Assembly: GCA_003252295.1 (NCBI GenBank)
Contig: QKEV01000004.1
Location: forward strand, 1 to 36,490
Direction: 5' to 3'
Origin: a bacterium
GTDB taxonomy: Bacteria; Patescibacteriota; Minisyncoccia; Phycocordibacterales; UBA12088
DNA: 36,490 bases
Part shown: positions 23,537 through 32,567 of the stretch, piece after piece
Layout: the number at the start of each line of letters is the position of its first letter
Numbering within the stretch: position 1 is the first letter of the stretch
The notes under the pieces: generated by a model
Told to the model about the DNA's origin: nothing
The model's database searches: none
The model's input: only the letters and a program-made list of their open reading frames with translations
Position numbers and translations under genes: made by a program

Positions 23537-25102
23537 TTAATTGTTGAATAAACCCTTGTGTGCCTCTTTGAATTGATCAAATGCTCGTGTAAGTTTCTCT
23601 TTTGTAGCATCACTCACCTCACCCGTATCCTTGATATCCTTCAATGAGTCAGCGTGCTGATTTTCCAAATACTCGATGAGTTTATCTGCAGCTGTCTGTG
23701 TATCCTCAACTTTCACTTCATCAAAGAGTCCTTCATTTGCAGCAATAATAGTTACTACCTGCTTCTCAACAGTGAGTGGTTTTGAGTGTGGTTGCTTCAA
23801 AACTTCTACGAGTCGTGCTCCTTTGTCGAGACGTCGCTTGGTATCCTCGTCGAGATCACCAGCAAACTGTGCAAACGCTTCAAGTTCTCGGTACTGTGCA
23901 AGCTCGATACGCATCTTACCTGCAACACTCTTCATTGCCTTGGTTTGTGCAGAACTACCAACACGAGAGACTGAGAGTCCTACGTTAATAGCTGGTCGCA
24001 CACCCTTGTTGAAGAGGTCAGTCTCGAGAAAGATTTGTCCGTCAGTAATAGAAATAACGTTTGTTGGAATGTATGCAGATACGTCACCCTCTTGCGTCTC
24101 AATAATTGGTAGTGCAGTAATAGAACCACCACCTAGCTCTTTTGAAAGCTTTGCACTTCTCTCGAGTAATCGTGAGTGAAGGTAGAAAATATCTCCAGGG
24201 AATGCTTCACGACCAGGTGGACGTCGAAGCAAGAGTGATACCTCACGGTACGCTACTGATTGTTTAGAGAGGTCGTCGTAGATCACAAGCACATCCTTAC
24301 CCTGTTCCATAAAGTACTCACCCATAGAAACTCCTGCGTATGGTGCTAAGAACTGCAATGCTGCAGGATCACTCGCTGGTGCATTCACAATAATGGTAAA
24401 GTCCATCGCACCTGCTTCTTTGAGCTTTGCCATAATGCGAGCTGTCTTTGATTCCTTTTGACCAATAGCAACATAGATACAAATTGGTCGACGTTCCTCC
24501 GGCTCGTTTAGCTGATTTAAAATGGTGTCGATAGCAACTGTAGTCTTCCCAGTAAACCTGTCGCCAATAATGAGTTCACGTTGTCCTCGTCCGATAGGTA
24601 TCATTGAGTCAATGGCTTTCAGTCCGGTCTGTAGCGGACTCTTTACTGGAGAACGTTCCATCACGCTGTGAGCTGGCCGCTCTACTGGGTACATCTTTTG
24701 AGTTTCAATAGGACCCTTGCCATCGATTGGTTCACCAAGCGTGTTCACTACACGGCCAACAAGTGCCTCACCTACAGGAACAGAGAGTACGCGACCTGTT
24801 GAACGAACCGTCATTCCTTCTTTTACTTTTCTTGTGTCACCAAGAACAACAGCTCGAACAGAGTGCTCTTCAAGGTTAAGTGCCATACCAAAGACACGGT
24901 CAGAGTCTGCTATGGTTTCAGACAGAGAAATGTCGCTCGAGGTATCGAACTCAAGCATTTCTGCCATAAGTGCATGCGGAAGGCCATCGATCTCTGCGAC
25001 GCCATCACCGACTGAAACCACAGTTCCCACTCCCTCAGGAGTAGTGGTGGTCTCAAAAGATTCTATTTGTTTACGTAGTTTTTCTACAATCGTGGTAGTC
25101 AT
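23537..25102 (-). CDS. atpA: F1 ATP synthase alpha subunit
   Basis: [15 protein letters not shown] Walker A and overall alpha-subunit blocks. Confidence 0.95.
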   Translation of the reverse strand: MTTTIVEKLRKQIESFETTTTPEGVGTVVSVGDGVAEIDGLPHALMAEMLEFDTSSDISLSETIADSDRVFGMALNLEEHSVRAVVLGDTRKVKEGMTVRSTGRVLSVPVGEALVGRVVNTLGEPIDGKGPIETQKMYPVERPAHSVMERSPVKSPLQTGLKAIDSMIPIGRGQRELIIGDRFTGKTTVAIDTILNQLNEPEERRPICIYVAIGQKESKTARIMAKLKEAGAMDFTIIVNAPASDPAALQFLAPYAGVSMGEYFMEQGKDVLVIYDDLSKQSVAYREVSLLLRRPPGREAFPGDIFYLHSRLLERSAKLSKELGGGSITALPIIETQEGDVSAYIPTNVISITDGQIFLETDLFNKGVRPAINVGLSVSRVGSSAQTKAMKSVAGKMRIELAQYRELEAFAQFAGDLDEDTKRRLDKGARLVEVLKQPHSKPLTVEKQVVTIIAANEGLFDEVKVEDTQTAADKLIEYLENQHADSLKDIKDTGEVSDATKEKLTRAFDQFKEAHKGLFNN

Positions 25103-25109
25103 GACTATT

Positions 25110-25508
25110 TTAGTTAGTAATTAAGTTGTTATACAAAGTTAAGAGTGAACGTTTGTACGTTCGATCAATACGAGATCCCTTTGCTCTGAGCTCGTATCCA
25201 CCTATAAGGGTGTCATCTGTTACGATCTTTCTTGGAAGAGATGCTGCACCAAGTACCTCTGCATCACGTTGTATATCATTCATAAATGCTTCAGCGTCAG
25301 TATCTTTTGCAACACGAACAAGTAGTTCGTCTATTCCTCCCCGCCTCTTCTGTATCTTTTCGAGTTCAAGTAACACCTTTCCTAGTAGTCGTTCATGACC
25401 CTTCTCTTTGAGTAACGATATAGTCTGCGTCACAATACGAAGAACCTCCTCCTCACTTTTATTTCGTGATGCGATGTAAAGTGCTTCTGCGTATTGTGTA
25501 GCTTTCAT
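25110..25508 (-). CDS. atpH: F1 ATP synthase delta (OSCP) subunit, short form
   Basis: Operon position. C-terminal [22 protein letters not shown] matches the delta-subunit signature. 132 aa. Confidence 0.75.
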   Translation of the reverse strand: MKATQYAEALYIASRNKSEEEVLRIVTQTISLLKEKGHERLLGKVLLELEKIQKRRGGIDELLVRVAKDTDAEAFMNDIQRDAEVLGAASLPRKIVTDDTLIGGYELRAKGSRIDRTYKRSLLTLYNNLITN

Positions 25509-25513
25509 ACGTA

Positions 25514-25966
25514 TTACTTTTGAGTTCCGTTGCGAAGTGTTTTTTCAACTCCTAAAACAATAAGGCGAGCAATCTCTTCTTTACTCTCTTCAAGTGCACC
25601 TCGTTTGATCTCCTCTCCTTTCATAGCTGCCTCAGTGAGAAGTCGATCATACTTTTGCTGCCCTTCTTTTATAATATCTGCTTCTTTCTTTTTAGCAGAC
25701 TCACGAGCTGCTCCCACTATCTTATCCGCCGTGATGGAAGCTTCAGCAATAATGTCAGACTTTTTCGCGTCTGCATCTTTGAGTGCTGACTCTGCTCGTT
25801 CAGCATCTGCAACACCTTTTATGATCTGTGCACGTCTGCTCTCGATTAGAGCAACGAGTGGTTTGTAGAGCACGTACCATAGGAGCGCAGCAAGGACAAC
25901 AAAGTTTACGGTTTGCACTAGGAGTATTCTCCAATCAATACCAAATGTATCAATAAGTTGCTCCAT
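25514..25966 (-). CDS. atpF: Fo ATP synthase b subunit
   Basis: N-terminal TM helix followed by a long charged helix; operon position. Confidence 0.8.
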   Translation of the reverse strand: MEQLIDTFGIDWRILLVQTVNFVVLAALLWYVLYKPLVALIESRRAQIIKGVADAERAESALKDADAKKSDIIAEASITADKIVGAARESAKKKEADIIKEGQQKYDRLLTEAAMKGEEIKRGALEESKEEIARLIVLGVEKTLRNGTQK

Positions 25967-25972
25967 TATGCT

Positions 25973-26203
25973 TTACGTAAATTTGATAATAAATCCAACT
26001 ACAACTGCAAAAATTGCAAGTGCCTCGGTAAAGGCAATACCAATAAACATAGTGGTCTGGACCTTGCCAGATGCATCTGGATTGCGACCGATTGCTTCGA
26101 GCGCCTTACCTACAAGGTTTCCAATACCTAAGGCAGGGCCAATAACGCCAATGCTGACAACAATTGCCATAGCTAGCGCTTTTACTGCTTCAATGTCTTC
26201 CAT
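25973..26203 (-). CDS. atpE: Fo ATP synthase c subunit
   Basis: Two-helix hairpin, GRNPD loop, carboxylate Glu in AFTEALAIF. Confidence 0.9.
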   Translation of the reverse strand: MEDIEAVKALAMAIVVSIGVIGPALGIGNLVGKALEAIGRNPDASGKVQTTMFIGIAFTEALAIFAVVVGFIIKFT

Positions 26204-26290
26204 GTTTTTTTACTATTACTATTAATTATGTATAAGGGGTGCATGCACCCATACAAAGTCCAGCGTTGCAGAACCTTGTACGGAAGCGTG

Positions 26291-27217
26291 CTAGTGTGCC
26301 GTACTAATTGCTAACTTGATAAAGAATAATGTTAAAAGAGCAAATATGGATGCTTGTATGAATCCAACAAAGACCTCATAGAGCATAAGTGGAACAGGTA
26401 GTACGAACGGAACAAAGAACATAGCAACTAGTATAAGTGTCTTTCCTGCAAACATGTTTCCAAAGAGACGGAATGAAAAGGAAACGAGACGTGCGAGTTC
26501 TGAAATGAGCTCAATGATACCAACAAGAAAGTTGATCGGTGAAGAAAAATTAAAAAACTTTCCTGCGTACGATGCAACACCAAGGTACAGTATGCCTGAA
26601 ATCTCTATCGCAAAGAAAGCAATGATAGCAAGTGCAAGTGTAAAGTTAAGGTCAACTGATACTGGATGGAAGAGTGCTATGGTTGCTGCATGTACAGCAC
26701 CTGTTGCTGCGTGTTCTGTAGTTACCTCATCCTCGGTAGTAACATCTTCCAAGTCACCAACAAGTGGATGTGTCATTGTTTCCTCAGCGTGAGCACTTTG
26801 TGGGTTAAAGGTAAGTTCTTCAGTAAGGTATATAGAACCAATACCAGGAATTAAACCAAACCAATTGCCAATAAGTATAAAGAAAAATAGGGTTGTAATG
26901 AGTGGGAAGAAACGTCTTGCTAATTCACGACTCTCAAGCACCTCCTCCATGTAATCAAGTAGAAAAGAAAAAACGAGTTCAAAAAAGGTCTGCGTTTTGC
27001 TCGGTATCCTCTGTATATTTTTACCAACAAAGTATGCAGTCACACCAATGACCAACATCACTATCCAAGCCATGAGCATCGTGTTCGTAATAGGAAACCC
27101 GAAAACCTCGGCTATTTTTTCTGCTTTCAGTGCAATATGAATTCCTCCTTCCATGGCAAAAACTAACACAAAAAAACACAAAACGTCCTTATATTGACGC
27201 ATGTGACGTTCACCCAC
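26291..27217 (-). CDS. atpB: Fo ATP synthase a subunit
   Basis: Essential Arg block SFSFRLFGNMFAG. The start is uncertain: ATG 27217, 27202 or 27154. Confidence 0.85.
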   Translation of the reverse strand: MGERHMRQYKDVLCFFVLVFAMEGGIHIALKAEKIAEVFGFPITNTMLMAWIVMLVIGVTAYFVGKNIQRIPSKTQTFFELVFSFLLDYMEEVLESRELARRFFPLITTLFFFILIGNWFGLIPGIGSIYLTEELTFNPQSAHAEETMTHPLVGDLEDVTTEDEVTTEHAATGAVHAATIALFHPVSVDLNFTLALAIIAFFAIEISGILYLGVASYAGKFFNFSSPINFLVGIIELISELARLVSFSFRLFGNMFAGKTLILVAMFFVPFVLPVPLMLYEVFVGFIQASIFALLTLFFIKLAISTAH

Positions 27218-27289
27218 TACTTGCTAGAAAGCAAGGAAAAGAGCGAACGCATTGCTACTATAACACAGAACGTACCGATAACTACGTGA

Positions 27290-28126
27290 CTACTGTGGAG
27301 ATGTATGGTCTGCCATTTCCTCTTCTTCAAGAGAAGTGTCAGGCACCATTTGCACATCACATGCACCTTGTTCTGGTACAGTAACTATTGTTTGTATAGC
27401 GAGCACACCTTCTTCAAGATATCCTGAAAACACGACAAAAACTCCTCCTTGTACCTTTTCTTCTCGCTCCCTCTCACGATAGATTGCTTTGAGAGCTGCA
27501 TATGACGGAGATGTGCTAACAATACTATACTCATCTCCTGCACAACTGGTAAACGACATGCTCTCATCACTAAATGAGTACCAGCCAGTGAACACCTCAT
27601 CATCTTCTCGTAGCACTGACACCTTTCGAAATACCACACCGGAGACAATGTAGTATTCGTACACAGTAGATGACAGTTCCATTTGCTCCGATGTGTATGA
27701 AAGTGCAATGTATTCGTTACGTATCACAACCGACATCGGAAGACCTCTATCGAGTGGTATGGTCTCGAGACCCATGAAACCACGTTCATCCTGAAGCGCA
27801 ACACCAATAAAGTATGATGTTGCACCATCCTCATAACTCAATAGAACTACTGCATCATCATATCCATCCCCATTCAGATCACCATAGTACGGTTCACCTG
27901 TAACTCGTAATGTTCCAGCATCTGTCAAAGCCTCTCCATCAACAAGTTTATGTTCATGTTCAAGTACTCGATAGGTAGCATTTTGTGGTGAATCTGGTAA
28001 TGAAAGTATTTCTTTGATCTCTTCCTGTGTAAGAGGCACAACACGATCCTCTCTACTGAGCCAAACTAGGAGTACTATAGCCATCACAACCAAAAGTGAC
28101 AATACAATATATATAGTCTTTTTCAT
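27290..28126 (-). CDS. Membrane-anchored hypothetical protein with an FG-GAP/VCBS-like DxDxDG segment
   Basis: Start taken at MKKTIYIVLSLLVVMAIVLLV (ATG 28126), which removes the overlap with the transketolase gene. Contains GDLNGDGYDDAVV. Confidence 0.6.
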   Translation of the reverse strand: MKKTIYIVLSLLVVMAIVLLVWLSREDRVVPLTQEEIKEILSLPDSPQNATYRVLEHEHKLVDGEALTDAGTLRVTGEPYYGDLNGDGYDDAVVLLSYEDGATSYFIGVALQDERGFMGLETIPLDRGLPMSVVIRNEYIALSYTSEQMELSSTVYEYYIVSGVVFRKVSVLREDDEVFTGWYSFSDESMSFTSCAGDEYSIVSTSPSYAALKAIYREREREEKVQGGVFVVFSGYLEEGVLAIQTIVTVPEQGACDVQMVPDTSLEEEEMADHTSPQ

Positions 28127-28175
28127 GAGTGGTATTGTATCACAACAGACATATGCGGCATCTACTGATAGATGT

Positions 28176-29180
28176 TTAACGAGATAGAACTCGTTTGCAA
28201 GCAAGCATAATACCCTCAATGTTTAATCCGTAGTTATCCAAAAGCTCCTCTGCAGTTCCTGACTGTCCAAACTGATCATGCACCGCAACCATCTCCACAG
28301 GAAGCGGTGTGTTTTGTGCAAGTATTTCCGCAATCGTACCCCCGACACCACCAAGTATTTGGTGCTCCTCCACAGTCACGACTCGCCCTGCCCGTCTTGT
28401 TGCCTCAAGCACCATCTCTATATCCATTGGTTTAATAGAGTGTACATTGAGTACACTCGTACCAATTCCCTCGCGCTCTAATTCTCGCGCTGCAAGAAGT
28501 GCATCATGCAGTATCGGACCAACCCCAATGATGGCAACCTGGGGACTGTCTGAGTGCCAGAGGTACTCAGCCCTACTTTGTCGAAATGGTGTTTCAGTTG
28601 TTGTAAAGTGTGGCACCTTTGGTCGAGTAAAACGAATATAGGTAGGTTTACCGTTTGTACTTGCAGCAACGACCGCTTTTCGTGCCTCCTCTTTGTCACA
28701 AGGTACTATGATCTGCATATTTGGCACCACTCGCATGAGTGTTATATCTTCAAGTGCCTGATGCGTTGCACCATCAGGACCAACCGAGACACCTGTATGC
28801 ATACCCATGATCTTCACCGGCAAATCTGAAAGCGCAATAAGTGTTCGTATCTGCTCCCAATTTCTCCCAGGACTGAACGCTGCATATGCTGCTATGTACG
28901 GTATTTTCCCATAGTTCGCAAGACCAGCAGCAACTCCTGCCATATTCTGCTCAGCAACACCAAGCTCAATGTATCGTTCTGGGTACCTATCTTTAAATGC
29001 AGCAACCTTTACTGATTCGCTCACATCAGCACTCAACACCACAACCCGTTCATCTTTTTCTGCAAGTTCAAGGAGTCCCTCAGAGAGACCATCACGAAGT
29101 GATGCATACGGCACCTTCCCTATGTCAAACACATCTGTGTGCAATTTTTGATCATTTGGTACCATGCTACTTTTCATCAC
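28176..29180 (-). CDS. tkt: Transketolase, C-terminal (pyrimidine-binding plus C-terminal domain) subunit
   Basis: LGVAEQNMAGVAAGLA, GPDGATHQALEDI. The start is either ATG 29180 (14-nt overlap with the upstream gene) or ATG 29165 (1 nt after the upstream stop). Confidence 0.85.
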   Translation of the reverse strand: MMKSSMVPNDQKLHTDVFDIGKVPYASLRDGLSEGLLELAEKDERVVVLSADVSESVKVAAFKDRYPERYIELGVAEQNMAGVAAGLANYGKIPYIAAYAAFSPGRNWEQIRTLIALSDLPVKIMGMHTGVSVGPDGATHQALEDITLMRVVPNMQIIVPCDKEEARKAVVAASTNGKPTYIRFTRPKVPHFTTTETPFRQSRAEYLWHSDSPQVAIIGVGPILHDALLAARELEREGIGTSVLNVHSIKPMDIEMVLEATRRAGRVVTVEEHQILGGVGGTIAEILAQNTPLPVEMVAVHDQFGQSGTAEELLDNYGLNIEGIMLACKRVLSR

Positions 29181-30003
29181 CTAACTCTTGTAACCAGGCT
29201 TCTACCTCACGCTCATTTGGTACACGCCCGTGCCACATGTAGTCGCCCTCGATATCTGACACCCCTTTACCGGAAACAGTATGTGCAATAATAACAGTTG
29301 GCTTTTCACTCTCCATACGGGCGCGTTCCACCGCATCACAAAACATTTCGACGTCGTTACCATCAACAAGTATACTATTCCAACCAAACGCTTCATACTT
29401 CTCACCGAGAGGTTCAACCGGCATTACCTCCTCAGTACCACCACTTATCTGAATACTGTTCCTATCAATTACCGCTGTGAGATTTGCAAGTCGCTCTTTT
29501 CCAGCAAGCATTGCTGCTTCCCACACAGCACCGCACTGCTGTTCCCCGTCAGACATGACGCAGTAGGTATGATTGTTTGCAATATCCATACGTACACCGA
29601 GTGCTATACCAACTGCTTGTGAAAGCCCTTCACCAAGAGGACCGCTCGTTGTCTCCACTCCAGGAAGGTGCAGACGCTCAGGATGTCCCTGTAGACGTGA
29701 ACCAAACTGACGAAGTGTCTGTAGTTCATCAACATCAAAGTATCCAGCAAGTGCCATTGCAGCGTAGCGTACCGGTGCAACGTGACCATTGCTCAAGATG
29801 AGTCTGTCTCGTTCCTCCCATTCTGGATTCTTTGGGTCGTGTTTAAGTATGTGAAAATAGAATGCTGCAAAAATATCAGCCAGACCGAGAGGTCCTGCAG
29901 TGTGGCCACTTTTTGCTTTTCCTAGCATAGTGATAACCTCTCTGCGAATTACTCTGGCATGATGCTCAAGATGAGCAACATCTGTCTCACTCAAAAAACT
30001 CAT
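29167..30003 (-). CDS. tkt: Transketolase, N-terminal (TPP-binding) subunit
   Basis: SGHTAGPLGLADIFAA, LSNGH, GPLGEGLS, MSDGEQQCG. Confidence 0.85.
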   Translation of the reverse strand: MSFLSETDVAHLEHHARVIRREVITMLGKAKSGHTAGPLGLADIFAAFYFHILKHDPKNPEWEERDRLILSNGHVAPVRYAAMALAGYFDVDELQTLRQFGSRLQGHPERLHLPGVETTSGPLGEGLSQAVGIALGVRMDIANNHTYCVMSDGEQQCGAVWEAAMLAGKERLANLTAVIDRNSIQISGGTEEVMPVEPLGEKYEAFGWNSILVDGNDVEMFCDAVERARMESEKPTVIIAHTVSGKGVSDIEGDYMWHGRVPNEREVEAWLQELGDEK

Positions 30004-30018
30004 ATATATAGTATAGTA

Positions 30019-30717
30019 CTACTCCTTACTATGTTTTGAAACAATGCTTTCCAGATGTGCAATCGCACCCTCAGGAGAACCAAAGTTAAAAACAGCTGAG
30101 CCTGCAGCAAATCGTGTCGCCCCTGCTGCACAGAGCTCCGGTAATGTTTCAGCATTTACACCAATATCAACACCAACGGTCAAATGAGGCCAACGTTTTC
30201 GTATTTCGCGTATTTTGTTTGCTACCCCCTCCTCGAGTGAGACACCATGGTAGCCAATACGATCACTTCCCATTACTTGTACAAATAGTGCTCGATGTAC
30301 ATATGGTTCAAGTACATCGATGTTTGTTGATGGCTTCAGTGCAAGTGCCATCTCAAGACGACGGTCAAAACACTCCTTTTGTATCTCCTCCAGCTTTTCT
30401 GTGCTCTCTACATGAAAAATAAGACACGCTGCTCCAGCAAGCGCCCATTGCTGTATAGACTCCTCAGGGTTTTTTATGAGCAAGTCAATCTCAAATTCAA
30501 AATCTTGCCAGTACGGCAAACCCTGGTCGTCTTTTCTAACAGCCTCAAAAGCATCACGTTCAACACCAATGTATGGCCAACTTGTTCTCGGTGCATACGT
30601 GCCATTCATGACATCTATTTGTACACGCTTTACTGCACCATGCACCTCCTTGAGCCTTGAACGCAAGTGTTCAAGTGAATCAGGAATAATTGCTGGAACA
30701 ATACATTGTAACCTCAT
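30019..30717 (-). CDS. rpe: Ribulose-phosphate 3-epimerase-family protein (divergent)
   Basis: IDVMNGTYAPR (compare DVMDGxFVPN), FHVES, VDIGVN and AGSAVF blocks in the Rpe order. Confidence 0.65.
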   Translation of the reverse strand: MRLQCIVPAIIPDSLEHLRSRLKEVHGAVKRVQIDVMNGTYAPRTSWPYIGVERDAFEAVRKDDQGLPYWQDFEFEIDLLIKNPEESIQQWALAGAACLIFHVESTEKLEEIQKECFDRRLEMALALKPSTNIDVLEPYVHRALFVQVMGSDRIGYHGVSLEEGVANKIREIRKRWPHLTVGVDIGVNAETLPELCAAGATRFAAGSAVFNFGSPEGAIAHLESIVSKHSKE

Positions 30718-31190
30718 GCCTGTTTTGGTAAATTTTCGATCTTACTGATTCTCCTTACATGACGTTCCTCTGAGAGGTACTCTGTTTCCAACCAACGAAG
30801 GATCGCGACCTCCGTCCTATGTTTATCTAAAAAACGTGCCCCGAGTGAAAGTATATTTGCGTTGTTGTGTGTTCTTGTGAGTGCAATCAAGTCACCACCT
30901 TCGTCGCCACCACTTGGTTCACCGTAATAGACTACAGCACGTACATGCGGAAAACGATTCGCCACGATCGCCTCCCCTTGACCAGAACCACCAAGAATAA
31001 TGGCTCGGACGTTATCTGGATCTGATGAAACTTTTTGAGCAGCGAGTGCTATGTAATCTGGATAATCATCGGCAGGCTGATACTCATGCGCACCAACATC
31101 ATCAACATGATACCCTTTCTTAAGGAGTACTCCTTTCAAGTACTCCTTAAGTTCAAAACCTGCATGATCTGTTGCAAGTACTATTTGCAT
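30714..31190 (-). CDS. rpiB: Ribose-5-phosphate isomerase B
   Basis: MQIVLATDHAGFELKEYLK ... ILGGSGQGEAIVANR. Start at ATG 31190. ATGA overlap with rpe. Confidence 0.85.
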   Translation of the reverse strand: MQIVLATDHAGFELKEYLKGVLLKKGYHVDDVGAHEYQPADDYPDYIALAAQKVSSDPDNVRAIILGGSGQGEAIVANRFPHVRAVVYYGEPSGGDEGGDLIALTRTHNNANILSLGARFLDKHRTEVAILRWLETEYLSEERHVRRISKIENLPKQA

Positions 31191-31234
31191 ACTATATATA
31201 TTACCACACCACCCTTGCACGTGACTTAGTTGGT

Positions 31235-32281
31235 TTATTTTCCAGTAGCGTACCTTCCTGTCTTTACTACATGTTCAACAAGTGAGTAAGTATAGCCCAT
31301 TTCATTATCATACCAAGCACAAACTTTAACGAGCGTCTCATCTACTACACGCGTCATACCAAGATCAGCAATACTTGCATATGGTTGTCCAAGAATATCA
31401 CTCGAAACGAGATCGTCTGAACTTGCAGTGAATACTTTCTTCCACCGCTCATCTTCAGCTGCTAGTCGCAGAATGCCGTTTACTTCCTCCACAGATGTTG
31501 GTCGCTTTGCAATAAACGTTACGTCAGCAATAGAACCAGCAATAACAGGCACACGCATTGCCAGACCATCAAACTTACCTTTAAGGTCAGTTATCACTTC
31601 GGTTACCGCCGTCGCTGCACCTGTAGTGCTTGGAATGATGTTTTGTGCTGCAGCACGTCCTTTTCGATAATCCTTAGGTGAAGGAACATCAACAGTTGTT
31701 TGTGTTGCTGTGTAAGCATGTATGGTATTGAGCATAGCTTTTTCTATACCTATCGTCTCGTGCAGTATCTCAATAACAGGAGAAGCACCGTTAGTGGTAC
31801 ATGAACCATTAGAACTAATTACACTGTTGCGTAGTGCGTCTTCATTGATACCCATAAGCGACGTTGCACCAACTATCCCCGCCTCGCTCGGTTCACCCTT
31901 TGCTGGTGCACTTATGACAACTCGCTTTGCGCCTGCATCAATATGCATTTTTGCCTTTATGTACTCACGAAATACTCCTGTTGCCTCAACCACAACATCT
32001 ATCTGCATATCTCCCCACGGAAGCTTACTTGGATCCTTCTCCATGAACACTGGTACATCGCGCCCACCCACTGTTAAGAGCGTACGCCAGTCTTCCTTGC
32101 GAGTGCCGACCTCAAATGAAGGTCTGCCATATGCCGTATCGTACTTCAAAAGATAAGCAAGGTTCTCAACATCCGAGAGATCATTAACTGCAACAACTTC
32201 GATTTCTGGATTACTCTCAGCAATACGAAGGAAGGAACGACCAATGCGTCCAAAACCATTTATGGCAACACGAATAGGCAT
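31235..32281 (-). CDS. gap: Glyceraldehyde-3-phosphate dehydrogenase, type I
   Basis: VAINGFGRIGR, SNGSCTTNG (catalytic Cys), WYDNEMGY. Confidence 0.9.
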   Translation of the reverse strand: MPIRVAINGFGRIGRSFLRIAESNPEIEVVAVNDLSDVENLAYLLKYDTAYGRPSFEVGTRKEDWRTLLTVGGRDVPVFMEKDPSKLPWGDMQIDVVVEATGVFREYIKAKMHIDAGAKRVVISAPAKGEPSEAGIVGATSLMGINEDALRNSVISSNGSCTTNGASPVIEILHETIGIEKAMLNTIHAYTATQTTVDVPSPKDYRKGRAAAQNIIPSTTGAATAVTEVITDLKGKFDGLAMRVPVIAGSIADVTFIAKRPTSVEEVNGILRLAAEDERWKKVFTASSDDLVSSDILGQPYASIADLGMTRVVDETLVKVCAWYDNEMGYTYSLVEHVVKTGRYATGK

Positions 32282-32567
32282 ATGAAATAAACTCTAATGA
32301 ACTTTAATAATGTGTACCTAAAGTATACCAACTCTCCCCTCACCTGAGTGGGTAGATATACACAAAGTCATTCCTATAAATCTTACCCATCATCGGTAAC
32401 AAGTGAATAGAAGTTGCATACCAAACACGACTTTGCTATAGTCATGTACAAGACTACTCCTACGACACGTATGCAGAACTGCGTAACTCCTCATAGGTGT
32501 AACTACTAGTGCGTAAGCACAAGAAAAAAATTATCACTAATAATTATACAAAAACTATATTACACGT

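Noticed and set aside
26204-26290. The 14-nt palindrome GGGTGCATGCACCC between atpB and atpE as a regulatory element.
   Set aside because: It is a short, single small hairpin. It plausibly modulates atpE expression or processing, but nothing in the sequence distinguishes it from chance, so it is not reported as a finding.
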